A DNA stretch of 61,053 nt, the filler included, from Basidioascus undulatus (lineage: Eukaryota), in NCBI GenBank assembly GCA_000826855.1. It is 14 parts of 14 records of this genome, joined end to end, with 100 filler letters (N's around TTAATTAATTAA, not from the genome) between each part and the next. Parts side by side here need not be neighbours in the genome. Positions count along the whole stretch, not along the records: positions 8,465 to 14,846 come from JTLS01002232.1; positions 14,947 to 19,071 come from JTLS01002233.1; positions 19,172 to 23,284 come from JTLS01002234.1; 11 more parts are not named here. The stretch is one strand, 5' to 3'. A program made the position numbers and the translations under genes. Under the pieces are notes generated by a model, which saw only the letters and a program-made list of their open reading frames with translations, did no database searches and was not told where the DNA came from. Positions 11,126 to 23,384 of this stretch are shown piece by piece. Position 1 is the first letter of the stretch; each line of letters opens with the position of its first letter.

Positions 11126-12931
11126 AAACCCTGATCGAAAAGAAAAAGACACATTGTATAGACGTGCTCTGATGTGCAGGTTCGTGTGCTGTACATTGCC
11201 TCGATGCTGAGGCACGCACGGTTCTGCAGTCGTGGTTGTCTCGCAAGCTTGTGCGCTCTATATGGCTTTTGACGGACTTAAAAATGGCTCTTTGAGAGGA
11301 GCCCCCTTCTCAAACATCTGTTGATTTTGTTCTACATAGAGACATGCAGTCGCTTTCCTGAACTTCACAGAGCAGCATGGTATGAGAGCTGAATGAAGTG
11401 CAGACCAGGCACCAGTTTTGCTGGGAGTTATGCCCGCTGAGCCTGAAGATGGGAAACACAATTGATTTACTGTGCTGTTATTTTTTTACCAATATCAGTT
11501 TGCTTGTGAAACAAACGCCGCAACCAATGTAAAAAGACGCAGCAGCGCAAGGTCTACGCTTCCTCCTCAAAAATTAATCAACCTTTCACCTCTTTACTCT
11601 TCACATCTCTACTAAGACTTCCCGAACGGCCGATGTCGCGACTTGCGCACAGGCAAGAATACGCAGTAAATGACGTGTGTGGCAAGCCATTTTACCATGA
11701 TGGCAAAGATCCCGGGCGCAGCCGCAGCGGGCCCACGATGAGCGAAAGCAGAACTCTTTCTGTGTGGAGAATTTTTGGAGCCCTTCAGCTAGCCTGGGAC
11801 AAGGGCAGGGCAGGGAGTTGTCGAAGCAGGTGGAAGGAAGGAGGAAGGAAGGAGGCGTGTTTTGATAGCGCGGTGGAGGTCGGGAGGGCTTGAGGCTATC
11901 TCGTGGGATGAAGCATGTCAGAGGCATGGCGGACGCGTGTTGAGGCTGAGGCTGAGGCTGCGCACATGTCCAGTCCAGATCGCCGAGGACACGACGAAGT
12001 TGAGTGTTTCTCATTTCTCCCTTCATTCTGTGCACGCGAGCGCTGCTGGGATCTCTGCTCTTGACCCGCTACCATCGCCACCACCGCCGTCACTATCACT
12101 CACCCCCACCAGACAATAGACGCGTCTTACCGCGGCATCAGCTCAGCATTGCAGTAGCGCGATTCAGACTCTGACCGACGGCTCAACGACCGTGCACCCT
12201 CGCCCCTGGCCCCCCTTTGCGTCAGGACGCAGGACTCGCGGCCAGTTTCGAGGCATACTCTCTTTATTTCGCTCTACCGACGACCGACGCTCCTTCCCAC
12301 CACGCCCGCATGGCTCCGCCTGCTCCGTCCGCATCCTCCTCCAACGACCGCCGCGAGCACGAACGCAGGCAGCAGTCCGTCGCTCTCCTTCCTCAGTGCG
12401 TCCCCCTCTCCCCGGCTGCTTAGTTCTCGCTGGAAATAATAGACGTGGATCAATCGAGCAAGGACCGCAGCTGACCTCGAATCGTTCCTGTTTCATCTGA
12501 ATTGCAGCGACGACGGACAAGGAGCTTACTCGCCGTGTATGCCCCCACACCCATCAATCTTCTCATCCTTGTCCCCCCCCCCCCCCCCCCCCNAGACGCA
12601 CCACCCCCCCCTAACATTCGTCTCCTTCAGTCGATATCGACTTTGACCGCCCCCGCGAGGAGCGCGACCAGCAGACTATCCGACCTGGTGAGTCTCAAGA
12701 GCTTTTGGGGACCTCGTCCATGTAGTCTGGGCCTCCAGACGGGTGCGGTGGGACCGCCTCGGACCGGCGTGTCAATTCTCGTGTACCTCAATAACCGCTC
12801 ACCTCTTCTGGAGCAATCTGTGATCTCTCTCAACTCTCTCAACCTCTCATCGCTCGAGGCGGTGCATCCCTTTCGTGCTCGCTTCCATATGCTGCTGCTG
12901 CTCGTCCGGCAGCCCTCGATCATTGCCCCTC

Positions 12932-14846
12932 ATGGCTCCTTCGTCCTCCTATCATTCAAAGCCCAGTAGCGCTCACCAGCGGATCTCCTCCCCATTGCTC
13001 TCCCTCTCCTCCGAATCCTCCACCGCCTGCCCAACCGCCACGCTCTCGCCCGCAGTGTATCCTTCCGGGCAGTACGACGCAGGACCGTACGACGACCCCC
13101 ACTCGCACGACCAGCACGCTCCGCCCCTCCCACAACAGGGCACCGCGCTTTACGAACGGCCCTACGCGTCCCCACTCGCGTCATCGCACATGGACTCCCT
13201 GCAGACCGCGCGCGCGCAGCCCGCGCGCACGCCCTCGCCTGCACCGGCGGGCGGTGCGCGCCCCTCAGGCGAGTACGACGGGTTCAGCAACGCAGGGGGC
13301 GCGCCCTCCGCCTCGCGCCACGGCCATTCCGACGACGAGCACACGACGCTGAACAACTCGCCGAACCACCCGTACGACGGGCAGGGGAACCCCGCCGTCA
13401 GCGCCTGGCAGTCGACGCACCCGACCCTCGCGGCGCACGACGGGGCGTCGATCCACTCGCGCTCGCCGCTGCACACGCCGGCAGACGCGTCCCCGCGCAA
13501 GCACGTCCAGATCGGATCCACGCCCGTCCCGACGCCGCGAGCCGGGCAGGATCCGACGCAGCAGTTCGGGTACCCGCCCGACTACGGCACACCCATGAGT
13601 AGCTTCTCCGCGACGACCGATGGGGAGGGGACAATCCCGCGCGGGCGCAAAGGCAAGAAGGGCGATGAGAGACCGAAGAATAAGAGGAACTCGAGCTGGG
13701 ATGTCCTCCGCGGGGACTGGGACAACTACAACTCCGCGAACGCGAGCGTGCGCACGCTCCAGTTTGCCGAGGGAGACGTGCCGAAGTCGAGGGTGAGTTA
13801 TGCGCTTCCGAGGAAGGGGCTTCGCTTGTTCGGGATGAGCGTGGGGAAGATACTCACGCTGCGTTGTCACCTTCAATCCGCAGCTGGCGAAGTTTTACTT
13901 CTACCTCCTCAACATGTCCATCGTCACCCGCTGGGCTCGTAAGTGTCCACTGTTAGCTTCCCCGTCCGGTCGGCCGCTCACTCAGTCTCCCTCGCAGTTT
14001 ACATCATCCCTGTGGCCGGCATTCGTGCGCCTTCATCTTTACTCACCCGCACCCCGCCGCATCATCGCTGACTTCCACCCCTCCTCTCCCAGTCTGGATT
14101 CCCGGTATCGTCGGCGTGACTGCCGCGCCGAACGCGAACGTCTGGGTGCGTGCTTTTGCCGGCCTCGCAGCGCGGAGCCCAAGGAGAGGACTTCGCTCGC
14201 TAACAGCATGTCTTCCACACCATCAGGGCGTCAAACTCCTCTGGTGGTCGGTCTGGCTGTCCGTCGTCTGGGTCGGCTGGTGGACGGCGTGGGCGTTCGC
14301 CAAGATTATGCCGTTCTTCGGTGCGCGCGCCCGACTTTGCGAAGCGAACGCTTTGCTGATTGTGTTCTTTCTTTGGTGGGGTGGGTTGGGATGGCAGTCC
14401 GCAACACCGTGGGCGTCATCATCCCGAACGCGAAGCACTACATCGCCTACGTGGTCGCGCTCGAGAAGTACATCGCACTTGTCGGCTGGGCGGTCGCGAG
14501 CTGGGCAGTTTGTACGTCCCGCGCGCGTGCCCACGCTAGCCCATCACACTTGCTCATTGCCTATGATTCGCTCTGCTCAGACAATGCGGTCATGTGCGTG
14601 CTTCCTCTCCTTCCCCCGCTTGGCTGGCGAAGGAAGAGAAGGGTGGCTGACCTCGGAGCGGAGGGAGGGAACAGTCAGCCCAAGAGAGGCGGCGACGTCA
14701 GCGGCACGACTAGGGGAACGCTCACCACCATCGGCCAGGTCCTTTTTGGCATCGTCATCTGCTCCGCGATCCTCGTCGGCGAAAAGTTCCTCATCCAGCT
14801 CATGTGCGTCTCCTCTACTCTCCCCCCTCTCCTCCCCTCTCCTCCC
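12932..14846 (+). CDS. MscS-like mechanosensitive channel (Msy1/Msy2 type), N-terminal half
   Basis: Spliced text: SSWDVLRG...FAEGDVPKSR-LAKFYFYLLNMSIVTRWA-LYIIPVAGI-LWIPGIVG...GVKLLWWSVWLSVVWVGWW...ICSAILVGEKFLIQL. This matches the basidiomycete MscS-like N-terminal TM region. 3'-truncated. Confidence 0.8.
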
Positions 14847-14946
14847 NNNNNNNNNNNNNNNNNNNNNNNNNNNNNNNNNNNNNNNNNNNNTTAATTAATT
14901 AANNNNNNNNNNNNNNNNNNNNNNNNNNNNNNNNNNNNNNNNNNNN

Positions 14947-17655
14947 GCCCGTCCCGCCCGTCCCGCCCGTGCCTGGGCGGCCCGCGCCCGGCGGAAGGCC
15001 CGCGTGCGTCTGCTGCCGCCGCATGGTCGAGCGCCGCGAAATGATGGACGCGCGGCGGGCGCGGTAGATAGATCCGACGACGCCGAGGCCTCCGCGCATG
15101 GCGTCGATACTACCCCATGCCACAGCAAAGCCGCCGACATCAGTCCCACGGTCAGTGTCCAAACAAAGCCGGAGCGTCCCACGCACCCAGGCTCCTCGGC
15201 GGCCATGACCTGCTCTTTCTCGGACGAGTTCTCGTCAGCGCCCGCGGTCTGCCGGGCTGCCTGCAGGAGGAGCGTCGACTTGCGGTCGAGCTTGCCGAGC
15301 GAGTTGGGGTCGACTTTGGACAGCTGCAGGACGACCACGCCGATGCCTGTGTTTGATCTCGGTCAGAATTGGGGATGGCGAAAACCAGATGATAGGGGAC
15401 ACGCACAGATGACGAAAAAGCCCATCACGATCCTTAGCTCCCCATGTGCGTCAGGAACACACACTCAATCCATTGAAGATACAAGCACCACATACGTGAT
15501 GATCTCGATCGCGCTCGCTTTCAGGCCCTGGTAGAGCACCATCGAAGTGACGAGCGTCGCGGACGTAAAGCTGCCATTTCGTCGCCCGCTAGCATCAGCA
15601 ACCGCCCCACAGTGTCGGTGAAGAGCGAAAGACGCACATTACGTAGTATGTTCTGTCGTCGCAGCTCACATTGTCAGCTTCTCCCCTGCAAGTTCCTCAG
15701 GATTGTCACTCCACGCAGCTGACGCACGGGGTAACTGTACGCGCCCGGTACCCGAAAGTCAGCAACCTCTCCCTCTCACACCACCAGACATCCCCCACGC
15801 ACCCATAGCGGCATTGAAAAGCTCCAGCGCCTTGTTCAAGTAACTGCATCCCCACGGACCCGGCATCAGCTCCCCGCTCTCCCCCCAACCCGGTGCGAGG
15901 GATGAAGAACACTGACTTGAGCTCCGTCAATAACGTAACTACCACAAACGCGATCAAGATGTAGATGAACCAGTTTTTGAACCTGTCCCCGGCGTCAGTC
16001 CCATCCCGCTTGCCCACATGCGATATCAAACGCACTGGTTATCTCCACGTATAGAGGTCAAGATGGAGGACTGTGTCACATCCCCATTCACCCGAGTCAG
16101 CTTTCTTTGAGTGCGGGTTTTGGTGGAAGAGAAGCAGGGAACGCACCCCGAGTCCTTGCAAGCTCGACACGCTCAGCCCGCCAATGAGCGAGCAGATAAG
16201 GATGTAAACGAGCATGTGCGTTTTGCCGTACCTGTCCCATCCATCCCAAACCCCCTCGCATTCAGCGCCGTGTTCCTTCTCCCATACTCCCCTTCCCGGC
16301 GTGGGGGAGACGCACCGCGCCCCGAAATAGAAGATGAGCACGAGCGAAGCGACGATCCTGCGGCGGTATCAGCGCGGTACTCAGAAATCCATAGGAGGAC
16401 GGATGGCACACAGGACGCCGGCATACGCCAGAAACCCGGGCGCGAGGAACAGCTTCTTGAATTCGGCGATAGTGGAGGCGCTGTACGATGTGGCAGCCGG
16501 GGGGGGCAGTGTCAAGGCTCGTGCGAAGACGGGAAGATGGGAAGAGGGGAAGAGGGAGGAAGGTAGACGCACGCCGTCTCTTCCGGCGAATTGATAGCGA
16601 TGATGACAGAGCCGATGATGCAGAGCGCTGTCGCCGCCAGGCGTTCAGTCGTCGGGGATAGGTGGGGGAGGAGGATAAGAAGGCGATGGACGGACCGCAC
16701 CCGAGCCAGCCGAAGAGCGTGAGAGTCTCTGCGAGGAAGAACTGTGATCCGTTTTTCAGCACCATACGAAAGCGATCGTGGCGGGAGATTCAGGGGAAGG
16801 GCGCACTTTGGAAAGACTGTCCGAGTGTGTTGGGGAGGGAGGTAAGTTGTGGAGGGCGCAGGGGAAGGGCAGGAAGACGCACATGGCGCAGATCACTACT
16901 GATAATGCGCCCATGGGCGTGACCTGCGAAGCGCGGCGGAGGCGTAAGCTTGTAGTGGGCAAGGGGCAAGGTTGGTGGGGACAGGTAGCGAGGGACGCAC
17001 AATCATGGCGCTCGTAAAGGCGTCTGCTCAGCCGCCTCGCCCACCGCGGCATCAGCATCAGGAAACATTATGCGCGGAGAAGAGAAAACCCACAAGCTAC
17101 GAAATTGCAGATCTTCATCATTGCCCTCCCAAATTTCAGCGCCCGAGAAGCTCCAGCTCAGAAAGTGATGGAAGACGGACCTCCCCGACTATCATCATGA
17201 TCTGCGCAGAGCGTCAGCAGGACACCCGGGGTAGCGTGTTTCGCTCAAGCAAAAAGAGACCACACACCATCCCCAGCCACCAAACAAAGCTCCTCAAATA
17301 GGCATGGTTCTCGCCTACCACGCCCCCGGCTGTCCTCCCCCCCAACCCCAACTCATCTCAGCCTTCTCCCCCTCCCTCGCTTCCCTCCCAAGACGCACAC
17401 TTCGCCGTAGCGCGTATCAACCCCTTCTTCTTAACCACGAAGGACGCGCCGATGAAGAGACCTGACAGGACGGCGAGCACAACGCCGACCACTTGGTCCT
17501 GCCCCGCCCGCGCAGTGAGGATCAGCCTACTGCGGGGTTGAGATCCGCCTGCTGACAGACTGACGAACCGTCGCTGCGTTCCCCGTGCCTGATACGGCAG
17601 CGGCGGACGAGCTGGCCGAGGCCGAGGCGGCGGGGGTCGCACTGGCGCTCGACAT
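14947..17655 (-). CDS. NIPA-family (DUF803) magnesium transporter
   Basis: ATG at 17655. Exons encode GVVLAVLSGLFIGASFVVKKKGL, VTPMGALSVVIC, ETLTLFGWLGC, YILICSLIGGLSVS, YLNKALELFN and GVVVLQLSKVDP. Many short introns. 3'-truncated. Confidence 0.9.
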
Positions 17656-18392
17656 CCTCGCTCCGGTATTCAGGGGCTAAGGTGTCGGAGAGACGAAGGC
17701 GATCGGTCGGTCGGTCGTAGCGGTTGGAGGAGAGGTTTGTTATGGTGGGAAGGCGGAATGGTGCAAAGTGGACAGTGGATGGGCGGCCCAACAGGGGAGA
17801 ATCTCGTCGGCGCCCGATCCGGATCGATCAGGCGGCCACGGCGAAGAAGACGAGTCGAGGCGATTTGAATGGCGACGCGCGAGGACGACGCGCGCGTGAG
17901 GGGTTTCACGTGTTAGTCCGAAACGCTCGACGAGTTTTGGGAAGGGCGAGCGCTGAGACGATGAGATGGTAAAGAGAAGGTGGAGAAGATGAGGAAGGTG
18001 AGGTGGATGAGATGAGATGAAAGGAAGGCACAGAACCGGTGGACCGCGCGGACAACCCCGCGACGTCAGCCTCCGCTTTCCCTTTCCGCAAGCCGCAGTC
18101 GCAGGTCGCATTCTCCGCAAAGGTCTCGACAGCACAGCCTTCAGCGTGCCTCGTTCCTCCTTCCTTTCATTGCATCCTCTAACGAGCTTCACGCCCAAGC
18201 CAGACCTGAGACTCCACAATTCCTGCACCCCGACCAGGGAACACCAGCCAGACGTTCCGTGAAAGCAAGCGAGCGTACGCGTCCACCAACCCTAATAAAA
18301 GCGAGCGTCGTTCTTGCTCCTCCTCTATGAACCCCCTCGCATCCCCACCCCCATTCGTAGCAGCACCGCTAATCCTCTGCCGCGAGTAGCGC

Positions 18393-18991
18393 TCAGCCGA
18401 GCGTCCGCATCGCAAGTTCGAACACGAGGAAGGTCGTCCCGTTCGCGATTGGCGAACTGCGATTGGAAGGCGGTTGAGTAAAGAGCCGGAAATGGCGAAC
18501 GAGAGAGAAAAAGGAAAGAGAAGAGGAAGGAGAGGTGGAAGAGGGAGACGGAGCGCAAGTGGAAGTGAAAGAAGACGCACCGAATCAGCGTCGGGATCAG
18601 CCCCCGCACAAACCCGCCCCAGCCAGCAGTCCGGACAATCTCCTGCGCGACCCCCACAACGCCGACCTTGGGCGCCGTGAAAGATGCCGTTTGCTGTTCA
18701 CCCCCACGCCCACACCCATCCACCCTCGTCTCAGAATCACCCTACCCAAAGCGCAGGAAACAGGAAGGAGGAGGGAGCGGGGAGGAGGAAAGAACGCACG
18801 ATCCGGCTTTTAATAACGTCCACCGGGTAGATCGCGCCCCACAGCGCGTACCCGGCGCCGGCGCCGAAGAGGCACGCATACGTCGCGGGGATCTCGGTGC
18901 GGGAGGCGAGGCCGTCGCGCTTCATCTTCCACTGGATGAGCGCTTCGTACGCGGCGAAATAGGCGCCGTAGCCGTGGCCGTCGCGGATCAT
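18393..18991 (-). CDS. Mitochondrial carrier (SLC25; YMC1/carnitine-carrier-like), 3' part
   Basis: IRDGHGYGAYFAAYE...AGYALWGAIYPVDVIKSRI-QT contains the Px[DE]xx[KR] signature. It continues GFVRGLIPTLIR-SPIANGTTFLVFELAMRTLG*. 5'-truncated. Confidence 0.88.
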
Positions 18992-19171
18992 CTGGAGCGC
19001 GGCCGGCGGTGTCAGTTCACAGGCGAGTCCTCAGGCGAGGGTCGGTGGGGAGCGGGAGGGAGCGGGGAGTCNNNNNNNNNNNNNNNNNNNNNNNNNNNNN
19101 NNNNNNNNNNNNNNNTTAATTAATTAANNNNNNNNNNNNNNNNNNNNNNNNNNNNNNNNNNNNNNNNNNNN

Positions 19172-19250
19172 TCTGGCCGGGAATTGAACCCGGGTCGCCC
19201 GCGCCATTGTAAATGACAAGCGGATATACTAGCCACTATACTACCAAAGA
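19172..19250 (-). tRNA. tRNA-Asp(GTC) with 10-nt intron
   Basis: Minus strand reads TCTTTGGTAGTATAGTGGCTAGTATATCCGCTTGTCA[TTTACAATGG]CGCGGGCGACCCGGGTTCAATTCCCGGCCAGA. Anticodon at 19215-19217, intron at 19204-19213 after position 37. The last few 3' bases are cut by the contig end. Confidence 0.93.
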
Positions 19251-20278
19251 CATACAAGTAGCCTTCAAATGTACCACTCAAATTTGAAATAGTAAAGCCC
19301 CTTCCGACCGTCCCACAGAAGTGCCTCATCACCTACCTTTAGAAGACAGTTGTAACAAGCTAGAACTATGGGTGTCATCCCTCTATGCTTACCTGAACAG
19401 GTCCATGCATGCAGACTGCTCAACCACGCGCACTCCAACCGAAAATACAACGAAACCGAACATACGCCGTTTCGGATCAGGAAGACTCCACCCTATTCCC
19501 AGCTGGTCCGCCGCGTCACAATGGAACAGGGAGCCTGCCAAAGTTGTACCAATTTTTGCACGTTTGAAACAGGTTGAGGCTTTTTGACCGTCCTTTGGCG
19601 TTGCGAAAACGGTCAAGAACTCTGGCGAGTCCGACTGTGCTCCGGTGAACCTGCCCGTGAGCTTTCTCGACGTTCCGAATGAGTCTATCGAAGTCTCTCT
19701 GGGCAAGTACAGCTCATGTAGCCGCGTTGAGCAATTGGTCAAGAAACGAAACGGCTGCGAAAGAACAAGCGAAGTATACAGCCTACTTGACTTTCCCGCT
19801 ACTGGTCAAGTTGGCGTAAGACGAAGTGACCGCAGCACCCTCGCCCGACGCATTTGCACTGCCCGCCAATCGGAGGGGATCCGCAAGGCTGCGCTTCTAT
19901 TCGTGTACTCACATGTACGCCAAAATATAAGATTGCCAGGCGGTATGTAGCGGTAGTCTGCGGTAGGTAGGACCAGGGTGCGCACCCTCGTAGTTGGCTT
20001 GCGGCGTTTATGGCACGACTAGCAGACTGATAGTCCACCTTGCGATTCTATGCGGTCCATAGCCTGGTTCCTCCCTTATAGTGTTCCGATAGACTCCTCT
20101 TTCTTCCTCACTCCCATCTTCGAACTTCACCAGCTCGTTTCGCTGCTCCTTGCGATCCGCTTTCCGCCGCGTTGCCTCACCTGCTATACCGCCCTACGGC
20201 TTCACCACGGCTGGCTACTCCATTGACCCCGCCTGAACACCCACGCTCTTTCACTTTAATACATTCACACTACACATA

Positions 20279-22057
20279 ATGGTTGCCGCTCTTTTCACCG
20301 CCGCCGCTGCTGCACTTGGTTTCGCGGCATCGGCGTCTGCCCAAGTCACCGCCACCGGTAGTGCGTCCTATCTCACTTCACGCCGGTGGACTGGACCGTC
20401 TAACGTGACGAAAACTAAAACCTAAGCTATGGGTTCGAACAACCCGCCTGAGCCAACGATGGGCACGAAGATCAACCAGACGTCGATGTCGCGCCTGGTG
20501 ACTGTAAACAGCATCGACGTGCGTTTTAACGCTCCCCCTCCTCCCAGCCCACAACCCCCACCCCCTACCTACCTCGTGCACCAGGGCCAGAAGTTCTCGC
20601 ATATTTGATGTGTATACCCTTGCAATCCTTACAAGAATTCTATCAGGACTTCTGCATCTTCGGTCCTCCGGAGCCTGGCAAGACCATTGGCGAGACTGGC
20701 ACGTCCTAGTTCCGTACAACCTTTCATACCCATCGGTCTGACATTCCTTTCCTTGTCTGTTCTTAGAGGGAATTCAGGTAGCATGGTGCACGCAGCCTCG
20801 TAACAACGCCCGTGTCATCCCCGACGGCACCCTCACCGCGGTGCACTTCGTCAAGACCGACTTCTATGTTCAGGTTATGGCTCTGGGTGACTTCACGAAG
20901 ATTGTACGTGTTCATGGGCTATATCGATGTTTCAACCGGAACTAAATGAGGTTTGGGGGATAGGGTCTTGGTGCGGATGACTACGGTGGTGAGCTTGACC
21001 CGCACGGTGCGACCGGCGAGGGCAACCCTGTGAGTGCATCTTGTCCATGCAGCCTCGTTTGCACTTCTAAAGTCCCTCATGCTTGCTTCTGCAGGTTGGT
21101 GGCAACGTCACCTCCAACGTGACTGGCCAGGAGGTCCACTACCAGGAGTGGATGGAGTTCCTGTCGTACTCCCAGGTCTGCATTCGTATCTGCACTGGCG
21201 AGAACTCCACCGTGAGTTTTTTCATCTGTACCTATCTGGCGGTCAGAGCTCATCAAAGTGTTGAGCAGTACCCCGCTGCGACGATGTGCGAGCATAAGGT
21301 TCGTTTTCTTTTGTCGAATGTCCCAACCATTTGCGCTGACTTTCACGATTTCAACCACAGCTCGACGAGATGGGGTTAGTTTGTGCTTTGACGACTTTTT
21401 CCTCTTACGAGTGACGTTGCTGACTGTTACTGCGTTCAGCTGCAACTTTGTGATGCCGGGTACAGCTTAGCTGAAACTATGTCCGCGAGTCAAACGATGC
21501 TGACCGACGACGAAATCAGGCGACTACTCTGACAAGGTATTCGACACTTGCGAGGGCGAGGTCGCCTACCCGCCTGGTGCGTCTCTGAGAACTCTTTCAT
21601 TTCTTCTTTGCGGCTTCTCACTCTTTCTCTCATCAGGCGTGTACCCTGTCGGCGAGTCCTCCTATTCGTCCTTCGCGCAGCGCTTCACCGGTACCTACAC
21701 CGACAACGGCACGCCTGGTGCGTTGTACTGCGAAGCCTTTCTCAAATTCTTTCTCCTGAATTTTTTTCATTCCAATTAGTCGCCTACACTGTCGGTGACA
21801 CCGCCACGCCCTCCTCGGTGGCCATGACGCCTGCCACCTCCAACTGCGTTAAGCAGACGAGCATTATGGCCAACAACGTCGCGTCCGGCTCGAAGTCAGG
21901 CGACTCTGGACCGGACGCCAAGGCCACCAACGAGGCTGCTCATGCTCAAGCCGGCAATGGTGGTAACAACGGTGCGGTCGGAAGCCCCGCGCCCGCCTTC
22001 GCACTCGCTGTCACTGCCGGTGTCGTTGTGCTCTCCGCAGCAGCCATTCTGTTGTAA
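20279..22057 (+). CDS. MP88-like secreted/GPI-anchored mannoprotein
   Basis: Signal peptide MVAALFTAAAAALGFAASASA, then NQTSMSRLVTVNSID-DFCIFGPP, VAWCTQPRNNARVIPDGT and GGELDPHGATGEGNP-VGGNVTSN...YQEWM. Hydrophobic GPI-like tail. About 11 introns, frame intact. Confidence 0.85.
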
Positions 22058-22947
22058 GGAAAGTGAACGACGGGCGCTCGCAGGGCGTAGCCTCTAAATT
22101 AGAATTGTGGTCATACGGACTCTCATCTCACTGCTCGGTGCATGAAAAGGACTGAGTTTGCCGCGTTATAGGCGTCGCCTGCTCGCTTGCTCTGAAGTTG
22201 CTTGTCCCCTGCTTTCATCGGCCAATCGGTACTGAAGTGCCGTACGTCTACCAAATCCGTGTACATGTCGGTAAGGGGTCGCTTTGCTACTGTACAAGGA
22301 CTTGGGACAATTAGCGAGCCAGACTCGTTCAGAGGCTGAAGGCATACTGGTGCGCAGGGCATTCGTTGCAGTCGAAGCGTCCTGCGCATGCATCGCAACT
22401 TGGAATATGGTGTGCCCAGTGCATCTTTGACTACATCAGCGAACCTAAAACATACGTTCTTGCACTCAATCCCCAGTATATACGGATCTTAGGTAGAGTT
22501 AGAAACAAGGTCCCCTGCCGATGGTCCCTCCCGGATTGCCGAAGTCGTAATCTCTAGAAAATATTTGCCAACGTCATTCCGTTTTATATCATTGAGGTGA
22601 ATCCTCCAAAAAGGTAGCGGTAGTCCACTTACCTCGTCCTATAGGGCACTTGAGGGTGAACTCGTCGCCTGGGGATGTGTAGGCCCGCATGAGCAGCCGA
22701 CACTCGTTGGAAGGTGTGAGCTCGAAGGCGACGCAGCCCAGTCCGGTGCTGCTCAATCAGAACAGGCGGAGGGCATGAGTAAAGTCTGTATTCAGTCCAA
22801 GCTGGAGAACAGTGACTTACAAACACGAGCAAGTGCTCGGCGCTTCGGCAGGAACCCAGTAGTCTAATCAGCCCCGCTCCGACCCTTCGTACAAGACCGG
22901 GTTTTGGCCTGCAATTAATTCCAGATACGTGAGCATGCACCAGGTAC

Positions 22948-23163
22948 CTAGGGATAGCAATGGAATTTCCGCATCTTACAGATGGTGTCGATGTCAGAGC
23001 TTAAGAAGAGACAGCTGCCGTCAAGGCCCCCCTCGTAGGGTGCACACTTCCTTCCACATGTCCCGCAATTGGTAGCGTCGCCGACGGTGTCGGCGCAGTA
23101 CGAATTGTAGTCGGGAAAGGTACCAACTTGGAAGTGTGTCGGCATAGAACGACGCATGCTCAA
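22948..23163 (-). CDS. Exon or fragment of a Cys-rich secreted-type protein (Stig1/PriA-like motif)
   Basis: YCADTVGDATNCGTCGRKC fits C-x-D-x3-D-x2-NCG-x-CG-x2-C. The rest of the gene model is unresolved. Confidence 0.4.
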   Translation of the reverse strand: MSMRRSMPTHFQVGTFPDYNSYCADTVGDATNCGTCGRKCAPYEGGLDGSCLFLSSDIDTICKMRKFHCYP

Positions 23164-23384
23164 TGAGTCACGGCTTACAGCTATTCCATACTGTGGGTGT
23201 GCAAAAGACGTTCAGTTCAGTTTCGGTTTTCAGTGCTATTGAGATTCGAAGCTCACTGTTCGCAAGGGCAGCGTGCCGAAGGATNNNNNNNNNNNNNNNN
23301 NNNNNNNNNNNNNNNNNNNNNNNNNNNNTTAATTAATTAANNNNNNNNNNNNNNNNNNNNNNNNNNNNNNNNNNNNNNNNNNNN

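Noticed and set aside
19389..19950. Overlapping 100-117 aa ORFs next to the tRNA
   Set aside because: No recognisable motif and no host-like codon bias.
8465..22057. Apparent cluster of P450, channel, transporter, carrier and secreted protein
   Set aside because: It spans linkers and a single-N join, so the genes are not demonstrably neighbours.
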